Positions 29,800-39,986 of a stretch of 64,000 bases of DNA are shown one piece after another. Source of the stretch: Pseudomonadota bacterium. Its GTDB lineage: Bacteria > Bdellovibrionota > Bdellovibrionia > Bdellovibrionales > SG-bin7. Under the pieces are notes generated by a model that was given only the letters and a program-made list of their open reading frames with translations, was not told where the DNA came from and ran no database searches. Numbering within the stretch: position 1 is the first letter of the stretch; the number at the start of each line of letters is the position of its first letter. The DNA lies in NCBI GenBank assembly GCA_034439715.1, contig JAWXAY010000029.1:1-64000 (forward strand), given 5' to 3'. The translations under genes and the position numbers were made by a program.

Positions 29800-29829
29800 A
29801 GTATGGCACTGAAGACCAATCTTGGTCAA
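29800..29829 (-). promoter_or_regulatory. sigma70-like promoter (probably leaderless)
   Basis: TTGACC-N18-CATACT-N7-ATG. Confidence 0.5.
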
Positions 29830-29853
29830 TTATCGAGCTGGCAAGCGTCCAGA

Positions 29854-30315
29854 CTATTGTCTAGACAAACGGACCAAATTTAACTCTGCTGTAAATCTTT
29901 TCATCATTCTATCTACTTCGACAAGAGACCGTTGCATATGTTGCAACCTAGTTTCTAAACTTGCTACCGTATTTCTCGTCGAATCAAGATTAGCCTCTAC
30001 CCTCGTCTCTGATATTCTTCTTTCACATAGCCTAGATTGCACAAGGGCCATTTTTTCTGCCACCTCTGATTGTGTGGAATGCACTAAAGCTTGCATATGA
30101 GAAATAATTGGCGGTACACGGTCTACCTTTGCTGTCAAAGTTTTGCTTAATTGTTCCAATTTGGCCTCTAAACTCTGAACTCGAGTGGCCACACCCTCAA
30201 TACATGATTCGAAACTATTTACCCTCCTCAAAAGATCTGTTTCATCAGTAAATTTGCCAAATGGCTCATGTATTGGTTTTTTGAAAAAAATATCAGGATT
30301 TAATTCTCGGCTCAT
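29854..30315 (-). CDS. Coiled-coil hypothetical protein
   Basis: AAGGAG RBS; heptad-rich sequence. Confidence 0.75.
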   Translation of the reverse strand: MSRELNPDIFFKKPIHEPFGKFTDETDLLRRVNSFESCIEGVATRVQSLEAKLEQLSKTLTAKVDRVPPIISHMQALVHSTQSEVAEKMALVQSRLCERRISETRVEANLDSTRNTVASLETRLQHMQRSLVEVDRMMKRFTAELNLVRLSRQ

Positions 30316-30385
30316 TTTTAATTCTCTCCTTGAAGAAGTACCTTTTCGCTAGACACTAAAACCAATCGTTTATATTGTCTATCAA

Positions 30386-31213
30386 ATGGCAACAATTCAT
30401 CATTTTACTCAGTTTCTATTTAGCCTCGATCCGCAGACTAATGCAGCGCGACTTTCGTTGTTTAATTTCTTGCGAAATTTTTTTGATGGCGCTTCAGAGT
30501 TAAACGAAGAAATAATTAATCGATTCATTCGTCGTTCTCTCTCTTATCAATATTGGCAAGAACGAAAGAAAGAGTTGTCTCACGAAATATTTTTTATAAC
30601 CGACAGCTTTAACACTCGAATAAGATCACAGGGCAAACAATTATTGCTTAATCTTAAGAAAATTGCGCCCTGTGAAGACTTTCAGTTGGTAAAACTTGAG
30701 GGCGAAAAACAGTCCTTAAAAATACTAGAAAACCATTTTTTAGAGACTGGTAAGTCAGCCGATGGCGAACTATCGATAATTGTCTGTGATCCAAATCTGA
30801 CCTTAGTTTTACATCGCTTGGGAGATCAAGGATTGAGGGTTAATCCGATTGAAAATCTATTTTATATTTATGAAGGCTTACTCAAGCCGTTGAATGACGA
30901 TCTCCACCTAGATTACGACCCTAAGCTCGAATTAAAGCGGGACTGCCTTCAACAAATTGGGCTTACAAACTCCCTAATTGCACGTTTTACAATTTCAGGA
31001 CCGGCTCCCCTCGCTCATGGATCGCTAATGAGGGATTATTCATTTCAAAAGTATGAAATGATGACCGGCATTCCCTTAGTAAATACCCGTGTCTGGCCAG
31101 CAATTAAACGCCTGGAACAGTATTATATAGACCCAAAATCTGAATATCCTAGTGACAAAACCCCGCCTCCTCTGATAGATGAGCTAATCAGTAATCAGAC
31201 CCCTGTTCTTTAG
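30386..31213 (+). CDS. Hypothetical protein
   Basis: 275-aa ORF filling the gap; preceded by TAGACA-N17-TATTGT-N7-ATG. Confidence 0.75.
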   Translation: MATIHHFTQFLFSLDPQTNAARLSLFNFLRNFFDGASELNEEIINRFIRRSLSYQYWQERKKELSHEIFFITDSFNTRIRSQGKQLLLNLKKIAPCEDFQLVKLEGEKQSLKILENHFLETGKSADGELSIIVCDPNLTLVLHRLGDQGLRVNPIENLFYIYEGLLKPLNDDLHLDYDPKLELKRDCLQQIGLTNSLIARFTISGPAPLAHGSLMRDYSFQKYEMMTGIPLVNTRVWPAIKRLEQYYIDPKSEYPSDKTPPPLIDELISNQTPVL

Positions 31214-31243
31214 GTAAATGTATAGGTAATAGTAGGTAATAGA

Positions 31244-32032
31244 ATGAGACTAAATAAATATATTTCCTCTTGTGGTGTTACTAGCCGCCGCAAGGCCGAC
31301 CGCATGATTGAATCCGGGTACGTTACTGTTAACGGCAAAAAAGTTTACGAATTGGGTACCCAAGTTCTCCCTAAAAAAGACAACGTTGCTATTCAAGGTA
31401 AACCAATAGAAATGGAAGATCTAAAAGTTTACATAATGTTTTATAAGCCTAAATATGTCTTAACGACTTTGAGTGATCCTGAAGGCCGTCCAACGATTAG
31501 TGACTATCTCAATCAAAAAAAGATTGATCTGAGGGTGTTTCCTATCGGCCGGCTTGACTGGGCTAGCGAAGGTTTATTGATTCTTACAAATGACGGTGAA
31601 TACGCCCAGAGTGTGGCGCATCCAAAGGCTGAGATTCCACGAACTTATTTGGTAAAACTCGACAAGGAACCCGAAGCCAATCACCTCGAGAAATTGCTCC
31701 GTGGCGTGACGATTCCCGGTGGCAGAGTTAAAGCCGCTAATGTTGAAAAGATTATTTATGGTGGCAAAGAAAAGCCTTGGTACAAAATTGTCATTACTGA
31801 GGGCAAAAATCGCCAAGTCAGGAAGATGTTCGAAAAAGTTGGTTTTGACGTTTTAAAGCTTAAACGTGTTGCTATTGGCGACCTTAAAATCGGCAGCATG
31901 AATCCTGGCGACATGACTGGAATTACCTTAAAAAAGGCGCAAAGTGTCTTCCGAAGAGACGAGTTTACTATTAGGACAAATGTAAAGCGTGGGCCCAATG
32001 TTGGCGATAAAAATCTCAACTTGAGACACTAA
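31244..32032 (+). CDS. rluB: rRNA pseudouridine synthase, RsuA/RluB family
   Basis: S4 domain RLNKYIS..SRRKAD, GRLD..SEGL, EGKNRQVRKM. Confidence 0.85.
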   Translation: MRLNKYISSCGVTSRRKADRMIESGYVTVNGKKVYELGTQVLPKKDNVAIQGKPIEMEDLKVYIMFYKPKYVLTTLSDPEGRPTISDYLNQKKIDLRVFPIGRLDWASEGLLILTNDGEYAQSVAHPKAEIPRTYLVKLDKEPEANHLEKLLRGVTIPGGRVKAANVEKIIYGGKEKPWYKIVITEGKNRQVRKMFEKVGFDVLKLKRVAIGDLKIGSMNPGDMTGITLKKAQSVFRRDEFTIRTNVKRGPNVGDKNLNLRH

Positions 32033-32079
32033 AAACCTCTCACTATTTTCCCTAGACTAATAGATTAAGTCCCTAGACT

Positions 32080-32106
32080 TAAGCCCAGGTGTTTTTGAGC
32101 CGATAT
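32080..32106 (+). promoter_or_regulatory. sigma28 (FliA) promoter
   Basis: TAAG-N15-GCCGATAT. Confidence 0.8.
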
Positions 32107-32142
32107 AATGTAATCGAGCTCACAAACAAAGGACGTCTAATA

Positions 32143-33759
32143 TTGAGAATTTGGATACTTGTTTCCATTATCGCGCTTCTGACCACATCATGTAAGAAAG
32201 ACAGCCAAGAAACATCAGACAATAGCTCTGAAAATCAAAATTCAGTTTTGGTGTTAAGTGGTCCTTCGCTATTAATTGCCGATGAGTCAAGTACCGTAAC
32301 TTACACTCTAGCCCATCATAACTCTAAAGAAGTAAATCTCGAAATCGCCGATGTAGTACAAAACCTGACGGGCACTGCAGCTTGCGCACAAGAACTCTCT
32401 GGTAGCGGCACTAAGTCCACAACCATTACTTTAACCTCATGCAAAGGTGTTGGCACAGTTGGAATTACCATAATGGGTAAAAAAGCAGAAATCATTGCGG
32501 GCCCAAGTCGCACATTTGATGTCGACAACTGTACACCTGCACCCGAGCAGATATTCTTTGCTTCTCAGTTAAGTTTAAACGGAACTTTTAATGTTCCCTC
32601 GCCCAATGCAACTTGGAATATCTGGAGCATAACCAGCGATGGTAATATATTAAAACCTGTAACAACATTTACACGAGGGCAGACAAGTCGTATTCCGCGT
32701 GGCTCTATCAACGGAAGATATCTCTTTTTCTACACTATGGCTAACCTTATGGGTAACGATACCGATGATTTATCACTGTCAGCAAATATTTGGATGATAG
32801 ATAGAAGATACGACCAAGACTTTACCCTTTTGACTCAAAACTCCAAGGCAAAAGGTTTAGATTCATACAGTGGCGCTCGCTTTGACAGTAAATCAAAAAT
32901 ATTTTTTGATTCGTTCATGGATGTCAGCGGAGAGTGGGACGGAACGCCTTCGCTTTCACCAAACCTATTCATGTTAGATGAACCAGGAAAGAACCCAATC
33001 GCCATAACCCAAAACACAAAAGATGACTACGATTCACATTTTGACAAAATGTCTCCACAAGGGGACAAAATCGCGTTTTTATCCCGAGGTGACCTCACCG
33101 GCATACCGGACGGCAAGGCCGCAGGTCCCTTAAACCTTTGGATCCTTAACACTGAAACCAACGAAAAAAAGCCACTCACAAGAAACGCTATAGTGGGTCT
33201 AGAAACTCGCGGCTCCAGTTTTTTTCCTGACGGTAAGAAACTGGTTTTTATTTCTGGCACTTCGCTTACAGGTAAATGGAACGGGCCTAAATCTCAGAAA
33301 CTTAATGTTTGGACAATTAACACTGATGGCACGGGCCTAAAGAATCTTACTGCACTCATAAATACTGCGGTTTACAGTGTTTCTGTTACGCCAGACGGAA
33401 AAAAGATTGTTTTTCGGTCCGATATGGCGCTCGATGGGTCCGACAAAGCTATGGCTCTTACTAATATCTGGATGATGGACTCTGACGGCAGCAACAAGGT
33501 TCCAATAACAAAAAATACAAAGGCCGGTCACCACAGTTTACCACCAGAAATTTCGCCAGATGGTAAGCGGATTTCTTTTTTCTCTAACACTAATCTGTCG
33601 GGTGTATGGAATGGCGCTCCGGAGGCTTCTTACAATCTTTGGCTAGCCAATATAGACGGTACTGGGCTAATCCCCATAACTCGCAACTCCAATCCAGCAA
33701 TGGATCCTTATTCGTCAACTCCCCACACCTGGTCCGCGGCTGGGGCAAACTGCAAATAA
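32143..33759 (+). CDS. Lipoprotein with Ig-like N-domain and TolB/PD40-like beta-propeller
   Basis: AAGGA RBS, TTG start, lipobox-like LTTSC; SPDGKRISF / TPDGKKIVF / NIW..D.DG repeats. Confidence 0.85.
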   Translation: MRIWILVSIIALLTTSCKKDSQETSDNSSENQNSVLVLSGPSLLIADESSTVTYTLAHHNSKEVNLEIADVVQNLTGTAACAQELSGSGTKSTTITLTSCKGVGTVGITIMGKKAEIIAGPSRTFDVDNCTPAPEQIFFASQLSLNGTFNVPSPNATWNIWSITSDGNILKPVTTFTRGQTSRIPRGSINGRYLFFYTMANLMGNDTDDLSLSANIWMIDRRYDQDFTLLTQNSKAKGLDSYSGARFDSKSKIFFDSFMDVSGEWDGTPSLSPNLFMLDEPGKNPIAITQNTKDDYDSHFDKMSPQGDKIAFLSRGDLTGIPDGKAAGPLNLWILNTETNEKKPLTRNAIVGLETRGSSFFPDGKKLVFISGTSLTGKWNGPKSQKLNVWTINTDGTGLKNLTALINTAVYSVSVTPDGKKIVFRSDMALDGSDKAMALTNIWMMDSDGSNKVPITKNTKAGHHSLPPEISPDGKRISFFSNTNLSGVWNGAPEASYNLWLANIDGTGLIPITRNSNPAMDPYSSTPHTWSAAGANCK

Positions 33760-33762
33760 AAA

Positions 33763-34575
33763 TCAAATAGCCGTTCGGTACCTAATCAGCAAACGATTTA
33801 ATCCAGTAATAAAAAGCAATGTATGAATGATAGATTTACCTACACATTGAAGCGTATGAATCAGAGCGCTGACTGGGTAGGTAGAATAATACTTTCGGAG
33901 AATTAGAATTGTCATCAAATTACTCTTAACGAGTTTCCACCAATTAAGAGTCGCAAACTCCGTATAACAATACCCCACGTCCCGAGAAATACCAAAAGGG
34001 TGCTTTAGTAATATTTTTAAAAGATAGTCAAAGTCCTCGACAATTCGTAAAGTCGAATCAAACGAAAAGCGTTTCGCTACTTCCATTCGGATCATAGAAG
34101 GGGCATGAGGGATTGGGAGACGCCATACGCCTTTAAGAGGGGCTCTGATATCTAGTGATCTAGACTTTGTAAAATGTCTGAGTCCAACGAGCTCGTCATT
34201 GCTACCTACTATGGCCATGGAACACGCTACTAGGGACAAATCCGATCTTCGCTCTAGATGATTAATCTGGAACTCGATTTTACTAGGTAAAATCCAATCA
34301 TCAGAATCCACCATGCAAAGGTACTTACCCTTTGCCTCTTCTAGTCCCCTCTGTCGCACAAATCCTCTGCCACTGTTTTTTGGCAACTCAATATACCTAA
34401 ACCGTGAATCTGAAAATGCTCCCATGATTTCGCTAGCCTTATGTATTGAACCATCATCGATCACTATGCATTCCCAGTTTTTATAGGTCTGAGTGTGAAC
34501 AGAAGCCAGAGCACGCGGCAGCGTTGAATTGGAGTTGTAACAAGGAATAATAATGCTAACAAGTGGCTCACCCAT
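33763..34575 (-). CDS. Glycosyltransferase family 2
   Basis: SIIIPCYN, IDDGS, VDSDD, EDFD. Confidence 0.92.
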   Translation of the reverse strand: MGEPLVSIIIPCYNSNSTLPRALASVHTQTYKNWECIVIDDGSIHKASEIMGAFSDSRFRYIELPKNSGRGFVRQRGLEEAKGKYLCMVDSDDWILPSKIEFQINHLERRSDLSLVACSMAIVGSNDELVGLRHFTKSRSLDIRAPLKGVWRLPIPHAPSMIRMEVAKRFSFDSTLRIVEDFDYLLKILLKHPFGISRDVGYCYTEFATLNWWKLVKSNLMTILILRKYYSTYPVSALIHTLQCVGKSIIHTLLFITGLNRLLIRYRTAI

Positions 34576-34699
34576 TTATCTTAATAATTCTATAAGAGAA
34601 TACTTACATATTCACTAACATTTTTTTGCACCTGTAATCGTTTAATTTGATAGAAAATTCTCGAGAAGGCATATACATTAATTCATTGCATGGGAATTT

Positions 34700-35452
34700 A
34701 TGAAAAAACAACAAGAAAAGGTAGTTGAGTTTTATAACTCAATCGCGAAAAATTATAAGTCCAGGTACGATAAGAACAACCCCTTCTTTCAGTATTTCTT
34801 TATCGGAAGAATGATCGAAGCTACAAGAAACGAGAATTTTGAAGGAAAATCGATTCTCGATATAGGTGCTGGCCCAGGAAATCTTTACGATTTTATTAAA
34901 AAAGAAACAAAAGAGTTTGAGTATTTTGGCACGGACATTACAGAAGGAATGTTGGAACACAGTTCAATTCCCGCAGAAAGAAGATTTGTAGGGCATTGTT
35001 ATGATCTAAAGCTTCCCCTAAAAGAGTATGACTATATTTTTCTTTTGGGTGTTACCACCTATATGCCACCTGATGAATTGCAGAAAACTATTAGTTTTGT
35101 TGAGCGCCATCTAAGCCTGAAGGGAAAAGCAATAATAACATTTACGAATAGGGGGAGCATAGATTATTTCACAAGATTCGTGTTGGGATTTTTTATTAGA
35201 CCACTAGGTTTAAAAAACAGTGTTTTAGGACAAAATATGGCTATATATTCATATACTAAAAAGCAAATCGTAAAAATACTTTCTCCAAAATTTAAAATTG
35301 AGCGAATTTCACATCTCAACCAAACGGTATTTCCCTTTAACAGAGCGTTCAAAAATTTTTCTATTATTGTAGCAAAAGTAGCGAGAAAACACTTTAGTGA
35401 GTTTTTTATAGGGCCATTGAGTAGCGACATTCTCATCGTATTTAAGAAATAA
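34700..35452 (+). CDS. Class I SAM-dependent methyltransferase
   Basis: ILDIGAGPG, DITEGML. Confidence 0.88.
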   Translation: MKKQQEKVVEFYNSIAKNYKSRYDKNNPFFQYFFIGRMIEATRNENFEGKSILDIGAGPGNLYDFIKKETKEFEYFGTDITEGMLEHSSIPAERRFVGHCYDLKLPLKEYDYIFLLGVTTYMPPDELQKTISFVERHLSLKGKAIITFTNRGSIDYFTRFVLGFFIRPLGLKNSVLGQNMAIYSYTKKQIVKILSPKFKIERISHLNQTVFPFNRAFKNFSIIVAKVARKHFSEFFIGPLSSDILIVFKK

Positions 35453-35479
35453 ATCTATTAGAAAGACCTAAATACCTAT

Positions 35480-36283
35480 TCACCGGAAAACAAAATCAAC
35501 TAAAACGATATCTGGTTTATATTGGCAATAGTCTTTGGCTTCGCTAGCAGTATCAAATGTCCATATGATTGTCTTTAGCTTGAGGATCTTATTAATCCAC
35601 ACTTGAAACTCATTGGTGGTTCTAAAGTTCGTGCTCCAAAGACTTAGTCCGAGTGCCCAGTTCGCAATAACGCCCTGTGATTCACAGCCGGATTTTATAT
35701 TTAGCTCTCGCTCGATTTGACGAATCAAACGGCACGACAGCCCAATGACGTTGAATTTTTCTTTATCATCTAAAAAACTAAGCTGCTTAAAAAGATCGAA
35801 TGCTGCTTCCCTGGCAACGTTTACCTCTTTGATGTCGACAATAATAACGTCAAAAGATCTGGAATATAAATTCAAAAACTCCTGAAGAGTCAAAATCTGA
35901 GGATGGTGCAGTAAAATTAATTTCGGGTTATTAATTTCTTCAAGTGTGAAATTATCATGCATAAGATATATGTTATTACTGACTATGTTAACGTCAATCT
36001 CGATAGCCCTAACTTTACTTTGAATCGCGGCTTCAATGGCAGTTCGTGATGAGTCTTGGTACATATTGATGTTAGCAAACCCACGATGGGCGGCAACTTG
36101 GCTATTACAACCCACGGGAGACTGACTCGGGTGTAACATAGAACTTACCCAAGAACCCACATGCCTCTCAAATAAAGTAAGAGGAAAAACAAAAGCGTTA
36201 AAATTTAAAACAGCAATGGCGCACAAGAAAATGAGGACCACAATGCTTAGATGAAAAAATCTAATCATTCTTTTTCTGTTCAT
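35480..36283 (-). CDS. Glycerophosphodiester phosphodiesterase-like protein, membrane anchored
   Basis: N-terminal TM; AHRG, IEIDV, MHD, VDIK, IWT. Confidence 0.8.
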   Translation of the reverse strand: MNRKRMIRFFHLSIVVLIFLCAIAVLNFNAFVFPLTLFERHVGSWVSSMLHPSQSPVGCNSQVAAHRGFANINMYQDSSRTAIEAAIQSKVRAIEIDVNIVSNNIYLMHDNFTLEEINNPKLILLHHPQILTLQEFLNLYSRSFDVIIVDIKEVNVAREAAFDLFKQLSFLDDKEKFNVIGLSCRLIRQIERELNIKSGCESQGVIANWALGLSLWSTNFRTTNEFQVWINKILKLKTIIWTFDTASEAKDYCQYKPDIVLVDFVFR

Positions 36284-38027
36284 TCTTAAGTGCGGTCCAA
36301 TAGAAGTTCGTTAACCACTGTTCAGATTTTTCGCAAGAGGCAAATTCGCACTTATCCGTCATCGGATCGCCCCACTTACGAGAGAATTGGTATTTTCCTT
36401 GATCTACATTATAAAGAACGAGGCCCTCCTTTTTTGAAAGGATCTGCACCAAAAAATCAAATGTTCTATAAAATAAAAATACGGGTTTTTCAGTTTTTAA
36501 ATTATGACCAACCAGGTACTTTCCTGGGGAATTGGTTAATTCTAAAATCGCTCCGCTGAGATCCATATGACTGGTCGGAAAATCCACGACCGTCGGTTCT
36601 CTTGTATCCTTATTCTGGTCGAATACCAATAGCGGGACATGAAAAGTACTTTTAGTGAGCTGGCCAGTTTGACTGGACTTTTGAAACAGCAAGCCATGAT
36701 CACCTGTTACGATTACTACAGTGTTGTTTAGGAGCCCATCAGACTTAAGCCTTTCAAAAAAATTCTTTAATACTAAGTCTTGGTAAGCAAATGCGTTCAG
36801 ATAGGGATTACTATTTTTTTGAATTTCCCTCCCTGACGGAACCCAATAAGGATGGTGAGAATTTATAGGAATTATAATAGAAGCAAATGGTTGGTGGGAC
36901 GGGGCCCAATCGGCGAACGCATTGTAAGTGGCTTCATCGTCTATACCCCAAGAATTTCCCTCATAAATCTTTTCATTTGCCTTCGTCCGGTCCCAAATAA
37001 AATTTACTCCCTGGCTCTTAAAGAACTTTCCCATATTGTCATACTTAAGATCTCCTGAATAAAAAATGGCCGTTGAATAACCATTGGCTGAAACTGGTCC
37101 CAGCCACCCCTGACACTTTCCGTCCGGAAAAATCCGAAACTCTATAACACTACTAAGCATGGGAGGATAGCCGCAGACAGCAGAATACAAGGATTTCGAA
37201 GAAAATGGCCACGGCGTAAAATGTTCTTTATAGAACGTGCTAAATTTAGATTTTGTGAGTTGTGAAAAAAAAGGCATTATTTTTGAAAACTCTTCTTCGT
37301 CCAAACCCAGATTAAAACTGGCTGTTTCCAACATAATTAGTACGACATTTTTTTTTGGAAGGTTACTCGAAACTGGCAAATGCTCCTGGTATTCAAGTAG
37401 AGCGGGCACGTGTTTTAGCTCGAGCTCCACTTGTTCTAATTTTGTAGGATACTCCGAACCAATTCTTTGAAAGGCCTGAAAAAAGGAGTTATAGGTGCTA
37501 ATTTGATATTTCTTATCTGCAGAAACAGCCGCAACTCCGACTCCCAATATCAGCAAACAAAGGGGATAGAAAAGCACTTTCAATTTGTCTTTAATTAAAG
37601 ATAGTCCACCGATCAATGTAAAGTATCCTGCAAACAATCCAAACAGTAACCATAACAACCTGCCACTTGATTGGTCCGAAATAGACGTACGCAAATCTAA
37701 GACATTGCTAACTTGAGAAATAAGATCCAAAGTAAGCGGATTCTCCATTTTAATATAAAATAAAACTGAAATGATATTTAGAAGAACCAACAGCAATGTT
37801 ACAAGTAGCGCCAACCAAGGCTTGAAAACAATATAAAAAAGAATCGATGCTATACCGATGATAAATATGTCTTCGCTCGGAGCGACTAAATAATATTTAA
37901 ATTCTTTAGGAATCAAAAGAATTGCGGCAACCAGGCGAGAGCGTACAACGTATAGAATTGGTAAGGTACTGAGAAAAATAGCCGGCCAATAGACCTGGGC
38001 CCGTAGAAGCCTTTTCTTGAGACTCAT
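36261..38027 (-). CDS. LTA-synthase / OpgB-like sulfatase-fold membrane transferase
   Basis: 5 N-terminal TM; LIMLET, WGIDD, NSHHPY, TGDHG, FHVPL. Confidence 0.82.
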   Translation of the reverse strand: MSLKKRLLRAQVYWPAIFLSTLPILYVVRSRLVAAILLIPKEFKYYLVAPSEDIFIIGIASILFYIVFKPWLALLVTLLLVLLNIISVLFYIKMENPLTLDLISQVSNVLDLRTSISDQSSGRLLWLLFGLFAGYFTLIGGLSLIKDKLKVLFYPLCLLILGVGVAAVSADKKYQISTYNSFFQAFQRIGSEYPTKLEQVELELKHVPALLEYQEHLPVSSNLPKKNVVLIMLETASFNLGLDEEEFSKIMPFFSQLTKSKFSTFYKEHFTPWPFSSKSLYSAVCGYPPMLSSVIEFRIFPDGKCQGWLGPVSANGYSTAIFYSGDLKYDNMGKFFKSQGVNFIWDRTKANEKIYEGNSWGIDDEATYNAFADWAPSHQPFASIIIPINSHHPYWVPSGREIQKNSNPYLNAFAYQDLVLKNFFERLKSDGLLNNTVVIVTGDHGLLFQKSSQTGQLTKSTFHVPLLVFDQNKDTREPTVVDFPTSHMDLSGAILELTNSPGKYLVGHNLKTEKPVFLFYRTFDFLVQILSKKEGLVLYNVDQGKYQFSRKWGDPMTDKCEFASCEKSEQWLTNFYWTALKNEQKKND

Positions 38028-38158
38028 GGTGCCAGGCTCCTTCTGAAACTAATTAAAGTCAAATATTACCTTCAGAGACAGTTTGCCCGACTAAAAGCTA
38101 GTGTTTGCAAAAATTAATAAAAATCGTGGTCTTGATACTAAGAGTTTAAAGTAAACTA

Positions 38159-38833
38159 GTGGAGCGCGATTTACTTGGGCTGGAGTTAGATATGTATCGT
38201 GAAAGTGTCGTCAAAAGAATTGTCAGTGGCATGCGAGTTTTAGATTGTGGAGGCGTTGACCATTGGGCCTTTGAACAAAAGTCAGCCAGTGGCGAGTGGC
38301 TACATGATATAATTTGTACTCACGCAACAAGTTGTTTAGGCGTAGATATTCTCGACGATAACGTTCGTCGGATAAATGATATTGGCAAATATCGCTTTGA
38401 AGCCAAAAACGTAGAATCCATGGATTTTTCAGCAGAGTTTGATGTCGTCGTTGCGGGAGAAATAATTGAACATATTTATAATGCCGGTTTATTTTTGGAC
38501 TCCTGTTGGAGGGCATTAAAACCAGACGGCAAACTCCTAATTACGACTCCAAACGCTTACTCACTTTCAGCGATGTTAAGTGCAATATTCTTTAGAAAAG
38601 AAATGTGTCATCCAGAACACACCTGCTATTATTCGCGACAGACTTTACGATACATTGTTTCAAGGCATGGTTTCGAAATTGAAGAACTGCACGTGCTTCC
38701 GAGACGTTCAAATTTTAAGCTGATAGAATGGATGCGAGGGCTATTGTCTTCTGCCTCACCTCTAGTTGCCGACACCCTAGTTTTAGTCGCTAAAAAACTA
38801 CCGCAGCAAAACAAATATACTGGTAAATGGTAA
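38159..38833 (+). CDS. Class I SAM-dependent methyltransferase
   Basis: VLDCGG, GVDI, FDVVVAGEIIEH, LKPDGKLLITTPN. Confidence 0.88.
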   Translation: MERDLLGLELDMYRESVVKRIVSGMRVLDCGGVDHWAFEQKSASGEWLHDIICTHATSCLGVDILDDNVRRINDIGKYRFEAKNVESMDFSAEFDVVVAGEIIEHIYNAGLFLDSCWRALKPDGKLLITTPNAYSLSAMLSAIFFRKEMCHPEHTCYYSRQTLRYIVSRHGFEIEELHVLPRRSNFKLIEWMRGLLSSASPLVADTLVLVAKKLPQQNKYTGKW

Positions 38834-38834
38834 A

Positions 38835-39986
38835 CTAAGACTTGAGAACTTCTAAAAAGGTTTTTTGAAGATCTTGACCCAATCGATTCTCTGAGAATTT
38901 TTCTAATGCTCGGGCTCTGGCTCCAGCTCCAAGTTGGGATCGAACCTCCGGATGATCGACAAGATATAGAATATCTTTGGCCATAATCTCACCGGCATTT
39001 TTTTTATGAAGACCATTCTCTCCCACTATATGAGTAAGAAAACCTGATTTTAAATGATCAATAATCTCTGGAATGCCTCCCTTTGGAGTAAATGATGCAA
39101 GGACGGCAACTCCTGACGATACTCCTTCAAGAACGGTGAACGGCATATTTTCCCACGATGATGGAATCATCGAAACATCGGAACTCGCAATGATTTCGGC
39201 TAGCTCATCTCCTGATTTAAAGCCTAAAAAATGTACGTTCGAGTAGGAATTGCATCTGGTGCGATTGACCTCTCTGATGTTACCAACAATTATAAAGTCT
39301 ATTTTTTGCCGCTGGCCCGTGTTGTTAATTAACTCAATGGCATCAATAAGCTGGGAAACTCCTTTTCGGGGCTCGTTGTCGCGACCCACGTGAAGAATTT
39401 TTACCGAATCTTTAGACAGTCCAAGACGAGCCCATAACTCAGGATTTTTCTTGTCGGGAGAAAATTTAGCGCCATCAATTGCATGATAAATTGTTTTAAC
39501 GAATTCTTTATACCCTTCGCCCAATGTATTAATGACATGGTTACGGCGACTGGCCGAGGCTTCAAGCCAAAGATCAAAAAGAATATTTTTTTCCATCCAC
39601 CCAGGAGTATCTGTGTTGCGAATGGGAAGATTCGTGACATTCGGGCCGACAACAATTTTTTTTCTTAAGATTTTTGCTACCAAAGCTGCTAGGAGCGCTG
39701 ATTTTAAGCCCGCTGGCACATAGATGAGATCGACACCAATAGCATGCTTAAAAAGTAAAAGTAGATTGTAAAAAAATTTAATGGGCTTTGCAGGCTCAAA
39801 TCCCAGTACTAGTTTAAATTTTTTCTCTTTCATATAGGGTTCATTGGGATCCACTCGACCAACCAACAAGGTCATCTGAATATCTTTTAAGCGATTCAAA
39901 GCATTAAGTGAGCCCACGACGTTTCTGTGTGGTCCTGAAATCCCAAAGGCATGATCAACTACAAAAAGTAACCTCAATGGAGACAT
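38835..39986 (-). CDS. Glycosyltransferase family 4
   Basis: GR..PRKG, PSSWENMPFTVLEG, GGIPEII. Start ATG 39986 after TTGACA-N18-CAAAAT. Confidence 0.9.
   Translation of the reverse strand: MSPLRLLFVVDHAFGISGPHRNVVGSLNALNRLKDIQMTLLVGRVDPNEPYMKEKKFKLVLGFEPAKPIKFFYNLLLLFKHAIGVDLIYVPAGLKSALLAALVAKILRKKIVVGPNVTNLPIRNTDTPGWMEKNILFDLWLEASASRRNHVINTLGEGYKEFVKTIYHAIDGAKFSPDKKNPELWARLGLSKDSVKILHVGRDNEPRKGVSQLIDAIELINNTGQRQKIDFIIVGNIREVNRTRCNSYSNVHFLGFKSGDELAEIIASSDVSMIPSSWENMPFTVLEGVSSGVAVLASFTPKGGIPEIIDHLKSGFLTHIVGENGLHKKNAGEIMAKDILYLVDHPEVRSQLGAGARARALEKFSENRLGQDLQKTFLEVLKS

Noticed and set aside
32143..33759. Calling this gene tolB
   Set aside because: It is a lipoprotein without a TolB N-domain, lies far from pal and has its own FliA promoter.
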